DNA of 64,000 nt from Candidatus Binatia bacterium (GCA_963664015.2 CAXXLF010000002.1:768001-832000), one strand, 5' to 3'; counted from the stretch's first letter, positions 10,032 through 21,219 are shown. Translations and numbers: made by a program. The notes: generated by a model not told the origin, from the letters alone.

Positions 10032-11240
10032 ATGGCCAAAGGCGGATTCAAAATCTTTGACAGTGATATGCACATCATGGAGCCAGCCGACCTGTGGGAG
10101 CGCTATATTGACCCCAAGTTCCGCTCCATCTCCCCCCTGGGCAGGACCTCCGACAACGTACGCGACCTGGGATTGATCTATCGCGACCGAAGCCCAGTAG
10201 GCAGAAGCACTACCGGAGTACCTCATCGCGGCCACAACTATGAGAAAAACCAGAAGGTCTATCGTGACCACTCCCAACGTGGCTGGGGTCCCGACTGCCA
10301 GTTGGAGGCGATGGAATTGGAAGGACTCGACGTCGCGGTGCTCTTCCCCAGCCGGGGATTGAGCGTCCTGACCCAACCGGATTATGACCCCCCGTTCGCC
10401 GCCGCCATTGCCAGGGCCTATAACGATTGGATGTTCGAATTCTGTCAGCCCGACACAAAGCGGCTTATTGGTGCCGGGATGCTCTCGGTTTACAATATCG
10501 ACGACGCCGTCGAGGAAGCCCACCGGGTCGTGGAAAAGCTGGGGTTCCGGGCGGTGTTTCTCCGCTCTAATATCGTCAACGGCAAGACCTGGCACGACCC
10601 CTATTACGAACCGTTGTGGAAAACACTGGAGGAACTGGATATCCCCGTAGGCTATCATGAGGCTTCAGGTTCCCGATCGCACCAAAGCGCAGAGCACTTC
10701 GATCCCAACTTCGGCCTGCGTCGGGTCTATGCCCAACCCTTCGAGCAGATGCTTGGCCTCGGCAGCTTTGTAGCGGGAGGTATTCTCGAGCGGCACCCCA
10801 AGCTTAAGGTGGCCTTTCTCGAGGCCAACTGCTCCTGGTTGCCCTGGCTCCTCTGGCGGTTCGACGAGGGCTACGAACGGGAAGGTGACGTCTTCATGGA
10901 AGAGCTGACCATGGCACCGAGCGAGTATTTCAAGCGCCAGTGCTATGTCTCCGTGGAGCCCGATGAGCTCCCTGCCCGTTATGTCATTGACGCCTTCGGT
11001 AGTGACCAGATCGTCTTTTCCACGGATTATCCACACGGGGACTCCAGATATCCAGGTGCCGTGGATGCCTTTCTAGAACTACCCCTCTCCGATGAGGACA
11101 AGCGAAAAATTCTCTGGGACAACTGTGCTCGATTCTATGCGGTTGATGAAGTACCGGAAACGGTAAGTTCGCAGCCAACAGGAACCAACGGACGTTCCAT
11201 CGAGGCAAAAGAAGGGAGAGATGCCCATGAAGACCGATAG
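10032..11240 (+). CDS. Amidohydrolase_2 family protein (ACMSD/LigW-like decarboxylase/hydratase)
   Basis: DSDMH, GYHE, AFLEANCSWLP, FSTDYPHGD. Confidence 0.88.
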   Translation: MAKGGFKIFDSDMHIMEPADLWERYIDPKFRSISPLGRTSDNVRDLGLIYRDRSPVGRSTTGVPHRGHNYEKNQKVYRDHSQRGWGPDCQLEAMELEGLDVAVLFPSRGLSVLTQPDYDPPFAAAIARAYNDWMFEFCQPDTKRLIGAGMLSVYNIDDAVEEAHRVVEKLGFRAVFLRSNIVNGKTWHDPYYEPLWKTLEELDIPVGYHEASGSRSHQSAEHFDPNFGLRRVYAQPFEQMLGLGSFVAGGILERHPKLKVAFLEANCSWLPWLLWRFDEGYEREGDVFMEELTMAPSEYFKRQCYVSVEPDELPARYVIDAFGSDQIVFSTDYPHGDSRYPGAVDAFLELPLSDEDKRKILWDNCARFYAVDEVPETVSSQPTGTNGRSIEAKEGRDAHEDR

Positions 11241-11838
11241 GCAAAATGCACTGGAGCGATTTGTCGAAAAGACACGGGAATTGTTTTCCAAAGAACAGGA
11301 CCCTGAAAAACGTTGGTCGGCGCTTTCGCCGATCCTTTCCGAGCTGCTGGCGGAGCCCCAGGTACTCGAGGCCTCCCAGAAATGGCCCGATTGTCTTCCC
11401 AAGGACGGGCGCGCGGAGAATCTCCTCTTCTATGTCGACCCCGATTATGGCTTCGCCATCAACGGCCTGACCAAAGGGGCCGCCAGGCGGGGTCAGCGCA
11501 CTCGCATCCACGACCACGCCCATATCTATACCCTTTACGGAGTACTCGACGGTCACGAAAATGTCGAGCGCTACGAGAGGATCGACGATCGTTCCCGCCC
11601 CAACTACGCGGAGATTCGGAAAAGCAGCGACCAGCTCGTCGGTCCGGGCGAAATCGACCTCGTGAAACCCTACGAAGTCCACTCCGAGCTCACCGTGGGT
11701 GAGAGAACCGTCGCCGTCATCATTCGCAGCGAGAAGGCCGGTGGGTTCAACCAGGGGCGCTATAATCCGGAGACCTTCGAGTACTTCGAGAGCCTGGGAC
11801 CGCGTCAGACACCTGTCGAGATGCTACCCAAGGGCTAA
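11221..11838 (+). CDS. Cysteine dioxygenase-like cupin
   Basis: IHDH...YGVLDGHE...EVHSE, a three-His cupin pattern. Confidence 0.65.
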   Translation: MPMKTDRQNALERFVEKTRELFSKEQDPEKRWSALSPILSELLAEPQVLEASQKWPDCLPKDGRAENLLFYVDPDYGFAINGLTKGAARRGQRTRIHDHAHIYTLYGVLDGHENVERYERIDDRSRPNYAEIRKSSDQLVGPGEIDLVKPYEVHSELTVGERTVAVIIRSEKAGGFNQGRYNPETFEYFESLGPRQTPVEMLPKG

Positions 11839-11867
11839 TCCTCGAGGCCAAATCAAAAAGAGTCACT

Positions 11868-12512
11868 ATGAAACTCTACAGCTTCTTTCGCAGTTCTGCG
11901 TCCTATCGAGTCCGTATCGCATTGACTTTCAAGGGACTGGGATACGAACAGGTCCCCATCCATCTGCGCCGCAATGGTGGCGAACAGTTCCATGCCGAAT
12001 ACAAGGCAGTGAACCCTCAGGAACTCGTTCCCACGCTAGTCGATGCCGGCCGTAATCTCAGCCAATCCCTAGCCATTATCGAGTATCTGGAAGAACGTTT
12101 CCCTGATCCCCCATTGCTCCCTAAAGATCCTGCAGACCGGGCAACCGTGCGCGCCATGGCCCTTGTCCTCGCCTGCGAGGTGCACCCGCTGCAAAACTTG
12201 AGGGTCCTCGTCTATCTGAAAAACAAACTGAACCAAGAACAAGCCGAGATCGACCGCTGGTCCCAGCATTGGATAGCCCTCGGTCTATCGACGCTGGAGA
12301 CGATGATGCAATCGGCCCCCAAGCAGGGGAATTTCTGCTTCGGAGACACGCCAACGCTGGCCGATATCTGTCTCGTCCCACAGCTCGCCAACGCCCGTCG
12401 TTTCAATTGCGACCTAACCCCCTACCCCACCCTCATGCGTATCGAAGCCGCCTGTCTGATTCTCCACCCCTTTATTGAAGCTATCCCCGAGAACCAACCG
12501 GACGCCGAATAA
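11868..12512 (+). CDS. maiA: Maleylacetoacetate/maleylpyruvate isomerase (zeta-class GST)
   Basis: YSFFRSSASYRVRIAL, NPQELVPTL, SQSLAIIEYL, HPLQNLRVL, QPDA. Confidence 0.93.
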   Translation: MKLYSFFRSSASYRVRIALTFKGLGYEQVPIHLRRNGGEQFHAEYKAVNPQELVPTLVDAGRNLSQSLAIIEYLEERFPDPPLLPKDPADRATVRAMALVLACEVHPLQNLRVLVYLKNKLNQEQAEIDRWSQHWIALGLSTLETMMQSAPKQGNFCFGDTPTLADICLVPQLANARRFNCDLTPYPTLMRIEAACLILHPFIEAIPENQPDAE

Positions 12513-12720
12513 CCTGGTAATCCTAGCTAATCTGGCTAATTTAGCCCCCGATGCGGCGGACCACAGAGGGTTTCCAAAAATCCAAGGGAATGACTAAAAC
12601 CTATATTCTAGTGTTACGCCCAGAATTCCCAGCGGCTCGTACTCAGAGTAAAGCCATCCCGTTTTCAACAGGTTCGCTAATGATGTGGATTTGTTTGGGT
12701 CAGAATGGGGCGGGATCATC

Positions 12721-13847
12721 CTACCCAGCGTGCAGCATGTCGGCCAACCAGCGAATGGCGAGGGCGCGTGCCTCTGGGGGGCCCATGTGACCTCCGGGAT
12801 AAAAGCGGCCGACCTTGGGACTCCCATGTTCCATCAACAGGTAATGATCACGAATGGGAAAGACCGAGTCGCCGACACCGTTGATACAGAATAAGGGTGC
12901 GGACGGGTTGTCCAGCAGGCCCTGATCGAGTAGCGAGAACTGGCCCGCATGCTCCACCCAGTCATCGAAGGTTTTGAGACCAAAGGCGAAGGCAAGGGTC
13001 TCGGCCAGCTCGAAGGGGTATTCACCGTACTGTGACTTCTCGATCCAATCAGGCTGGAAGGCGTAGTGGACCGGGCCGCCGTGATTGACCACGGCCTTTA
13101 ATAAGTCCGCGTGGGTGTGCGCGACCTTGGCCGCCCAGTAGCCTCCCGTACTGGCCCCCATGGCGGCGATGGGCCTGCCACCTACTTCGGGGTGGGAGCG
13201 CGCCCAGCTAAGAGGGTATCGAAGAAGCCCTCCGGGTCTTGGGAGCCATCGATAGGTGCCTCGCCTACACCCGGCATGTCGATGCTCAGGAGTAAAAGGT
13301 TTTCTTTGAGGAACGGCCCAGGCAAACGATCTTCCTTGTATCCGTCGATACCGCCCCACGAGACCACCATGGGATGCGGCCCCTCGGTTGCCGGGCGATA
13401 GAGGTACCCCTTGATTACGTTCCCACTGGTGAACCGCCCATGCAATGGGATTTCAACGACCTCCGGAACATGGCCAAAATAGGGCGCCGCCTTTAGCCAG
13501 TTGGCCTTTGACCTCGAGTAGGCCTCTCCCTTGGCAGGGGAATTGGGCGCCGGGTAACGGGCCACCCGGTAGGTTGCGAAAGCCAATAAATAGTTGTCCC
13601 TGGCCTCCGTTTGATCTCCGGCGGCCTCCGCCTTGGCCGCCTTATCCTCGTAAGGCAAAGCCGCTTCTGAGAAAATCTTGGCCCACGCAACAGATTCGAC
13701 CGAACTCAACTTGGAAAAGGCGTTGCTGATATCTTCCAGTTTGCATTCGGCAAACGGATTTCGGTTGTGGCGGGCCCGTTCCAGCAGGATATGACGAATC
13801 TTAGGAAACGGTCGAGAATAGTACTTGATACGATTGTTCTTTTCCAT
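12721..13847 (-). pseudogene. Alpha/beta hydrolase (FrsA / 2,6-dihydroxypseudooxynicotine hydrolase-like), single frameshift
   Basis: N-half (WGGIDG, DMPGVG) in 13182..13847 and C-half (GASTGG, GGHMG) in 12721..13359; frame change near 13212. Confidence 0.8.
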
Positions 13848-13899
13848 GGCAGCCTGATCTAGAGAGTCCTCCCCTAATTATCCTATTGAGACTATCTTG

Positions 13900-14757
13900 T
13901 CATGCGGTAATGACGAGGATGGAACCCGCCACCGTGCAAGCAGCTCCGACAACAATGCGGGAGGTAATGGACTCCAGATCTCTAAGAAAGATAGCCGAGA
14001 GAATTATTACCAGCACCGGGTTAGCGCCAATCAGGGGTTCCACAGTAACTACCTTGCCAAAACTCAGGGCGTAAAAAACCGACACCATCGCCGTGGTATT
14101 GGAGATCCCAGCAGCAAAGAACCAGCTAAACGAGCGCCGTGACAAAACGATCGCTTTCCTTCCCCCGTGCAGTTGCAACATGATCAGACCCAGCAGTAGA
14201 CCCGTCGAGGCCGTTACCGCAGCCCCCATGATAGGAAGGTGTTCAACCAGTAGACCCAATTTGCGCAAGTTGCTCGACACAGCAAAGGCAAAGGCAGCCA
14301 TAACGGGAAATATCAAATCGATTTTACGCCATTGAACGTTCAGAGATTCTTTCCTTGAAAGGATGACAACTCCAAGAACCACGAGGGATGTTCCCAGGAA
14401 ATTCTGCAGTGTCCATCGCTCGCCCATGAGAATGACGGCTAGAATGGATGCGATCATGGGATACGTATTAGCAATGGGAACCGACCGCGCGGCACCCACG
14501 CGTTCCATGCCGAGGATGGTCAAGGTCCGTCCCAACCCGGGTGCAAAAATCCCACCGGCCAGGAAGTACCAGACGGCATGGCTCCGGAAGCTTGCCAACG
14601 GGACAAAGAAAGGCACCAGGGTCCACAAAACAACGGCTGACATAGTCAGGGAGAAAAGGGACGCCGTAATGCCATTGGAAGACACCAACCCGCGACGGTT
14701 CAAGACGTGGGACAGCGCAAAACAGAGAGAGGCCTGGATAGCAAAGTAATCGCTCAT
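13900..14757 (-). CDS. EamA/DMT transporter (tandem copy 3)
   Basis: Start MSDYFAIQ overlaps the upstream stop (ATGA); 285 aa. Confidence 0.9.
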   Translation of the reverse strand: MSDYFAIQASLCFALSHVLNRRGLVSSNGITASLFSLTMSAVVLWTLVPFFVPLASFRSHAVWYFLAGGIFAPGLGRTLTILGMERVGAARSVPIANTYPMIASILAVILMGERWTLQNFLGTSLVVLGVVILSRKESLNVQWRKIDLIFPVMAAFAFAVSSNLRKLGLLVEHLPIMGAAVTASTGLLLGLIMLQLHGGRKAIVLSRRSFSWFFAAGISNTTAMVSVFYALSFGKVVTVEPLIGANPVLVIILSAIFLRDLESITSRIVVGAACTVAGSILVITA

Positions 14758-15611
14758 GCGGTTATCACCAAGACCGTACCAAGCACCGTGCAAAGCGTCC
14801 CCGCAACAACACGAAACGTGACGGCCTCTAAATCTTTCAGGAAGAGAGCGGAGAGAGGGAGGGTGAGGACGGGATTCGCATTGACCAGAGGATCTACGAT
14901 CACTACTTTTCCGTAGCTCAAGGCATAGAAGACCGAAACCATGGCTGCCGTAGTAGTTAATGCGCCCGCAAGTAACCAACCGAGAGATTTCCGGGGCAAC
15001 AAGAAGACTTGCCGGCCTCCCTGGAACCGAAGAATGGTCATCGAAAAGATCACGGCTGTCGTCGCAGTCACCGCCGCTGCCACGAGAGGAACGTTGTCTA
15101 TCAGTAGCCCGAGTTTACGGAGATTGGTCGAAACGGCAAAAGAGAGAGCTGCCAAGGCTGGGAAAACGAGGTCGCGTTTTCGCCATCGAGTCTGTCCCGA
15201 CCCCCTCGTGGAAAGGATCACAATCCCGAGAATCACCAGAGAGGTGCCCAGGAAATTCTGCAGTGTCCAACTCTCGCCCATGAGGAGTACGGCCAGTATC
15301 GACGCCACCATTGGGGAAGAGTTGGAGATCGGGATAGAGCGTCCGACGCCGACCCGCTCCATTCCCGTCATGCTCATGAGTCGTCCAAGGCCGGGTGCAA
15401 AGATACCGCCCGCTAGGAAATACCAGATCGCAGGTGTTCGGAAACTGGACCAAGGAACAACGAAGGGCACGATACTCCATAAAACCACTGCGGATATAAT
15501 GATGGAGAATAGAGACGCGGTGATAGCGTTGGACGCGACAAGACCACGGCGGTTCAAGATATGGGAAATGGCAAAGCAGAAGGCAGCCTGAAGGGCAAAG
15601 TACTCGCTCAT
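14754..15611 (-). CDS. EamA/DMT transporter (tandem copy 2)
   Basis: 285 aa; shared GGIFAPGLGR, WTLQNFLGTSLV, NLRKLGLL. Confidence 0.9.
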   Translation of the reverse strand: MSEYFALQAAFCFAISHILNRRGLVASNAITASLFSIIISAVVLWSIVPFVVPWSSFRTPAIWYFLAGGIFAPGLGRLMSMTGMERVGVGRSIPISNSSPMVASILAVLLMGESWTLQNFLGTSLVILGIVILSTRGSGQTRWRKRDLVFPALAALSFAVSTNLRKLGLLIDNVPLVAAAVTATTAVIFSMTILRFQGGRQVFLLPRKSLGWLLAGALTTTAAMVSVFYALSYGKVVIVDPLVNANPVLTLPLSALFLKDLEAVTFRVVAGTLCTVLGTVLVITA

Positions 15612-16465
15612 AACGTAATCACCAAGATCGATCCACCGACAGTACAGGCGGCCCCTACCAGGATACGCTTGGTAATGGCTTCCAGGTCCCTGAGGAAGAT
15701 GGACGACAAAAGAATGGCCATAAAAGGATTAGTACCGATGAGAGGCTCGACTATCACCACGGGACCAAAGCTGAGCGCATAAAACACCGAAATCATGGCC
15801 GTCGTGTTGGTGAGGCCGGCGGCCAAAAACCATCCGAAGGAGCGCCGTGACAGCAAAAACGCCTGACGTCCCCCCTGCACCTGAAGCATAACCAATCCAA
15901 GAAGAAACCCGGTACTGGCCGTGGTCGCTGCGGCCATAAGAGGGATATCGGTAATGAGCAACCCGATCTTGCGGAGATTCACAGAGATGGCAAAAGAAAA
16001 CGCCGCCATGATGGGAAAGATCAGGTCGACTTTACGCCATTGAGCTTGCCCCCTCTCTCTCTTGGAGAAAATCACAACCCCCGAAACGACCAGAGACGTG
16101 CCCAGGAAGTTTTGCAACGTCCAGGTCTCCCCCATAAGGATCACGGCCAAAACGGAAGCGAAAATAGGTGAGGCGTTAGATATGGGCACGCAACGGGCAA
16201 CACCAACCCGCTCGATTCCTGTGAGATTCAGGAACCGCCCCAGACCGGGGGCAAAGATGCCTGCGACAAGAAAGTACGGCAGTGCAGGCGTCCAAAAGGC
16301 GGCAAATGGGACAAGAAAAAGGACCACAATCCACAACACAAGCACCGACACACTGAAGGAAAACACAGACGCGGTTATGGCATTTGAGGTAACCAAACCT
16401 CGGCGGTTTAAGATATGCGAGAGCGCAAAAAAGACAGCTGCCTGGACGGCTAAATACTCGGTCAT
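15608..16465 (-). CDS. EamA/DMT transporter (tandem copy 1)
   Basis: 285 aa; same motifs. Confidence 0.9.
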   Translation of the reverse strand: MTEYLAVQAAVFFALSHILNRRGLVTSNAITASVFSFSVSVLVLWIVVLFLVPFAAFWTPALPYFLVAGIFAPGLGRFLNLTGIERVGVARCVPISNASPIFASVLAVILMGETWTLQNFLGTSLVVSGVVIFSKRERGQAQWRKVDLIFPIMAAFSFAISVNLRKIGLLITDIPLMAAATTASTGFLLGLVMLQVQGGRQAFLLSRRSFGWFLAAGLTNTTAMISVFYALSFGPVVIVEPLIGTNPFMAILLSSIFLRDLEAITKRILVGAACTVGGSILVITL

Positions 16466-16632
16466 GAGGTGCTCGCTGACCGCAGCCCTTCCTCTTCTAT
16501 ATTGTGATAAGGGTTTAACATGAAACCAGCAGGATCACGGATCAACCAAGACAAGGAATGGACGATATCAGCGACTCTCCCTCCTCTACACTCCCAGGGA
16601 GATTTTGTACATTTCCAAATCGACCGCCCGGT

Positions 16633-18167
16633 TTAGGAGATTTGGAGTTTCTTTGAGAATGGGCTTGCAACTCTTGGGGGGGGGGAGGTTTTCGGAAGGC
16701 TTTCTCGAAATTGCACAAAGCGCGGTAGCTTGAAATCCGCCAGGCTATCTTTAGACCAATCGATGAGTTCCTCTCCCGTCATGGATTGCCCGACCATGAG
16801 CACAACGCAAGCCATGACGTCGTCTTCCCCCAAATCGAAAAGAACGGCTATGACGGCCGATTCTAAGACCTTCGGATTCTCATTGACGACGCCTTCAACC
16901 TCAGCTGCTGAAATGTTTTCCCCCTTTTTTCGGATGATATCTTTTTCTGTCAGCGAAAAAGAAATAACCATCCTCATCCTTGTAAGCATAGTCGCCGGTA
17001 TAAAGCCACCCATCCCGAATCGCCTCTGCGGTCTTTTGGGGATCTTTGAAATAACCGCGCATCAGCACCGGGCTTCGAACCGCAAGTTCGCCTACCGTTT
17101 CTACGGGAACCCCCCTCATAATCCACGATTTTCAATTCGGAAAAGCCGCCGGACCACCCCGGGTGCGTTGCGGGAATGCCTTTGCTTTTCATCTTTACAA
17201 TTCCCCCGATGGGATTTTGGAAAACCGCCGGGATCTCTGTCATTCCGTAGGCGTCGATGACGTGAGGGATTTTAAACCTCTTGGTGAAAGCCTCATAGAC
17301 TCGGGGACTAATGCCCGCTCCTATGGCCACTCGGATTCGATGGTCGGAAAGAAATTCGTCTTCCCGTCGACTGCACAAGGCAGAGCCTATGGCCCCGACA
17401 AAATTGAGTTCGGTCGCCCCGTAGCGCACAGCCTGATGCCAGAACTGACTGGCGCTGAACTGGTGGATCAATATGAGGCTAGCCTCCCCCGCTATGGCTC
17501 CCCAGGTACTGTAAAACTGGGCATTCATATGAAAGAGCGGCAGGATGGTCATAATACGATTATTAGAGTTAATTTGGGTGCGTACAAGAAAGGCCTCGCC
17601 AGTTACCAGTACGCTATTGTGTATATGCATAACCCTCTTGGGGAATCCTGTGGTTCCTGAAGTATAAATCACGCAAGCAAGCTCATCGGCTTCAAGATTT
17701 ACCGGCCTCAGGATGTTCGACATCCTCTCTGATAAAGGGCTTGAGGGCAATCACGCTTTCAGGCAGTTGGTACTGTTCCATGTCAACACAGGAAAACCAC
17801 GTTAATCGAGTGTAGTTCTTTTGTATCTGGTCGATGATTTCAAGGCGTTCTTCCGAGACGATCAGGCCCACCGCCTCGAGTGTTGCACAATGTATTGGCA
17901 TTCATTGGCTTTAAAATTCGCATTGATGGGAACGGCTACGCCCACGATCTTACACAATGCAAACCAGCGATACCGGAACTCAGGGATATTGCGTAGCAAC
18001 AGACACACTCGGTCCCCACGCTTCAACCCCTTTTCCAGTAAACCTATAGCCACCCGGCTAACTGTCTCGTCAAAATCTCCGTAGCTGACCCTGACGACGT
18101 TATAGTAGAGAAACAAATTTTTCCGAAATTTCTGTACTTTGTCTTCCCAATAGCGCCGCAGATTCAA
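16633..18167 (-). pseudogene. CaiC-like acyl-CoA ligase, multiply frameshifted
   Basis: Motifs spread over at least five ORF fragments: VAVPIN, IYTSGTTG, YGMTE, GWLYTGD, GENISAAEVE; G10 tract at 16676-16685. Confidence 0.88.
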
Positions 18168-18432
18168 GTCTCAACCTGAGTCTGGCTTTATCAGCAAACT
18201 TTCAATGAGATTTATTCTTAGCAAGAAAATAGTAGACGGAAAGTCCGAAAATCGCGACATCACCGCTTACGGGCGGAGGGTCCCTCGCTCAATATTTATT
18301 GCTAATGTGTACAAATTTGACCGTTGATCAAGGAAAATAGCGAACGGAGGGCTTCAAGAGACCGCCGATTAATTGCCTTGTAGTTTAAACTGGCGGTCTC
18401 TACTTTGTCATCGAATGTCGCATTTCAGGGAA

Positions 18433-18459
18433 CAGGCGCCGCCCGATGGACGGCGCCTG
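18433..18459 (-). terminator. GC hairpin after the TctC-like gene
   Basis: CAGGCGCCG...CGGCGCCTG inverted repeat. Confidence 0.45.
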
Positions 18460-18483
18460 GAATGATTCATTTCGCTGGGGGCA

Positions 18484-19548
18484 TCAATGTGGCGGCAAGG
18501 GACCGGCTCCGGCAAATTTCTTGTAGAGTTGCGCCATCTCCGGGTCCGTTGGTAGATTAAGGATAGCCTTAGACTGCTCCTCCGGCATCAGAGGGGTGGC
18601 CTCGGCACCGGTCAGTTTTTTGTACTCCTTCAAGAAACCGGGATCTTGGTATACCTTACGGAAGGCCTCGCTTAGGATCTTCACACGGTCCGGAGGAGTG
18701 CCCGGGGGAAGGAAGTATGGGGACCCGGCCAGCCTGAACGTCCGGTACATACCAATAATTTTTTTCTCCCTATCGTTCCGGGCAAAACTTTCAAGCGAAG
18801 GCAATGGATTGAAGACAGGGTGTCGCGTACGGTGCCCCCTTGGAATCTCCAAAATGGCATGAAAATAGGTAAGCTTGTCAGTGATCCATTCGGGGCTACG
18901 CTGCAGGATCGTATCGGGGAGATTGATTCTAGCGTCGATCTCACCACTCAACAGGGCAATATCCATTTCCGGGCCTCTTGTATAACCGGTAACAAACCTG
19001 GGCTCTTTTAAATTCATAAGCCAGGCAAAGATTCTCGCATTGATGTACAGATCGTGCCCGACTCCCAAGGACCCGATCCTGAGTCCGGTTGCAGCTTGCA
19101 GTTTTTCCAACGTATCCAAGCCGGTTTTGCTGCTAACGGCCAATACGTAATTCGTTTTGCTGTTAGCGCTACCCAAATAGATAAACTTATCGTAATCGTA
19201 TCGCACGCCGCGGGTGCGCAAATAACCATTCGTTAACAGCGCACCGCCAACATTCCCAATAGTAAGCCCATCGGGCCGGGCCCTGGAAAAGAGATAGTTT
19301 CCCACCAATCGACCGCCACCGCCCGGCATGTATTTGATCAATATGGTGGGATTCCCTGGAATATACTTTGGCAGAAAAGGCATGATCGCTCGGACCCGCA
19401 TGTCACCTGTACCGCCTGCCCCTCTGCCGCTAATAAGAGTAACGATCTTACCTTTAAACGGAGACGATTGGGAATAAATTGTCCCTGGTAAAACCAGAAA
19501 TGCTACAAGGCTCAGGATCAATGCACCTAAAGATACTCTCGTTTCCAT
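18484..19548 (-). CDS. Tripartite tricarboxylate transporter substrate-binding protein (TctC/Bug family)
   Basis: Signal peptide; GGTGD, MPGGGG, PDGLTIG, PPGTPPDRV. Confidence 0.85.
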   Translation of the reverse strand: METRVSLGALILSLVAFLVLPGTIYSQSSPFKGKIVTLISGRGAGGTGDMRVRAIMPFLPKYIPGNPTILIKYMPGGGGRLVGNYLFSRARPDGLTIGNVGGALLTNGYLRTRGVRYDYDKFIYLGSANSKTNYVLAVSSKTGLDTLEKLQAATGLRIGSLGVGHDLYINARIFAWLMNLKEPRFVTGYTRGPEMDIALLSGEIDARINLPDTILQRSPEWITDKLTYFHAILEIPRGHRTRHPVFNPLPSLESFARNDREKKIIGMYRTFRLAGSPYFLPPGTPPDRVKILSEAFRKVYQDPGFLKEYKKLTGAEATPLMPEEQSKAILNLPTDPEMAQLYKKFAGAGPLPPH

Positions 19549-19598
19549 AAGAACCTCCCATAAACAGAATTGACGAATAAGACGACTGTCACTAGTCT

Positions 19599-20687
19599 CT
19601 ACCCTCCGCCGGCAAGAGTAAGAGGCGCCTTGACGACCAGGGAAGAATCGATGCTCCCAATGTTCGGCCGACCACACTTGGCCATAGTAATCTCTATTTC
19701 ATCACGCAAGATGTTCAAAACACGTTCCACTCCTCGCTGCCCATCCAAGGCGAGCCCCCAAAAGAGAGGACGGCCGATGCAGACCGCTTTGGCACCCAGG
19801 GCCAGTGCTTTGACCACGTCGGCGCCGCGCCGGATCCCTCCATCGAGCAAAACCTCAACGCGCCCCTTGGCCGCGTCCACGACTTCGGGGAGGACCTCAA
19901 TCGTCGCGAGGGTGTTGTCGATACCCCGGCCGCCGTGATTTGAAACAATAACGGCGTCCATCCCAACATCAGCGCATAAGGCTGCGTCTTCACCGGTCAT
20001 GATTCCTTTGGCAATCACCGGCAGGTCGGTTAGGGATTTGATCCACTCCAGATCTTTCCAGGTGGCCGCGGGGTCACCGCCGCGAGTCCTGATGTGGGAG
20101 TCGACCTTACCCGTCTCTTCCGACACCGCACCAGGATAATTAACTCCACCCTTTCTCACATAGTTATTGCGAATATTGCGCTCCCGTTTGGGCGGCCATG
20201 CCGAGTCGACGGTTACGCAAATGGCCGCGTAACCCGCCTCCTTCCCACGTTGGATCCAGTCCTTTGCCATTTCCTTGTCACGGAAGGGGTACATCTGGAG
20301 CCACAAGGGTCCTGCCGCCACTCCCGCTAGATCATCGAAGGTGATGTTCGAATTGGCACTGACTGCCATGACGGTCCCGCACGCCGCGGCCGCTTTATAG
20401 GTGGCGGCTTCGCCTTCAGGGTGAGCCTTCTTATGGCCCCCCGCAGGAGCAATCAATATGGGGAAGCTCACCTTGGTACCAAGGACCGTCGTACTCAGGT
20501 CCGGATGGCTCACCCCGCACAGGACCCGCGGCCGCAGGGCAAGAGACTCGAAAGCGCTGCGGTTGCGCCGTACGCTGATCTCATCAGTCGCACCGCCGGC
20601 AATGTAGTCGTACTCCAACAGCGGCAACCGCTCTTTGGCGATGGGCTCGAACTCGAAGAGATTTATGGGGCCAGGACCTGTAATCAT
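19599..20687 (-). CDS. FMN-dependent alpha-hydroxy acid oxidase/dehydrogenase
   Basis: DYIAGGA, LRPRVL, VSNHGGR, DGGIRRGADVVKALALGA. Confidence 0.93.
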   Translation of the reverse strand: MITGPGPINLFEFEPIAKERLPLLEYDYIAGGATDEISVRRNRSAFESLALRPRVLCGVSHPDLSTTVLGTKVSFPILIAPAGGHKKAHPEGEAATYKAAAACGTVMAVSANSNITFDDLAGVAAGPLWLQMYPFRDKEMAKDWIQRGKEAGYAAICVTVDSAWPPKRERNIRNNYVRKGGVNYPGAVSEETGKVDSHIRTRGGDPAATWKDLEWIKSLTDLPVIAKGIMTGEDAALCADVGMDAVIVSNHGGRGIDNTLATIEVLPEVVDAAKGRVEVLLDGGIRRGADVVKALALGAKAVCIGRPLFWGLALDGQRGVERVLNILRDEIEITMAKCGRPNIGSIDSSLVVKAPLTLAGGG

Positions 20688-20734
20688 GAAGCCTCCATCG
20701 GTTTACGTCCTTGGTCTTCTGCGAAAGCGGATAA
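20687..20734 (+). repeat. Short degenerate copy of the TGAAGCC element
   Basis: TGAAGCCTCCATCGGTTTACGTCCTTGGTCTTCTGCGAAAGCGGATAA joins both ends of the 7020 copy. Confidence 0.6.
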
Positions 20735-20749
20735 GATTGGGCAACCGGA

Positions 20750-21097
20750 TTACTCTTTCAAAGACACATGGGGACCACCAAAGGCTTCCGAGCGGTTGCC
20801 GAAGAGCAGTAGCGGACCCATCCCCACGTTGGTGATCTGGTAGTTTTCCTTGGCTCCAAAGAAGGCAACCTCGTTCTTCTCGACCACTCGTTCTTCACCC
20901 TTGGCGCCTTTCACCAATGCCTTCCCTTCTACCACTAGGAAGGATTCGGGAGAAGCATGGGAGTGCATATCGGTACCGTCCCCCGGCTGAAAGCAAAGGA
21001 TCCAAGAGCGAAAGTTGTCAGTACCAAAAAGGTTAAGCTTACTCTTGTTTGTCTTGAGGGCTTCATCCTTCTTGTTTGTGAGACTGGCAAAATCCAT
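20750..21097 (-). CDS. Small cupin-domain protein
   Basis: MHSHASPESFLVVEG; start MDFASL preceded by AGGAGG. Confidence 0.8.
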   Translation of the reverse strand: MDFASLTNKKDEALKTNKSKLNLFGTDNFRSWILCFQPGDGTDMHSHASPESFLVVEGKALVKGAKGEERVVEKNEVAFFGAKENYQITNVGMGPLLLFGNRSEAFGGPHVSLKE

Positions 21098-21219
21098 TGG
21101 AGTCCTCCTGTCTTTTCGTTGGTTGCAGTATTTGCAATTACGGGCCGTTTTCGCGAAACCGGTGGTACAGGCGCTGTAGTCTAGCCCAGCTGCTTTTCGC
21201 TTGTCAATCGGCCCTATAT

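Noticed and set aside
13195-13225. Programmed frameshift in the hydrolase gene
   Set aside because: No slippery heptamer is visible; a 1-bp deletion or sequencing error is simpler.
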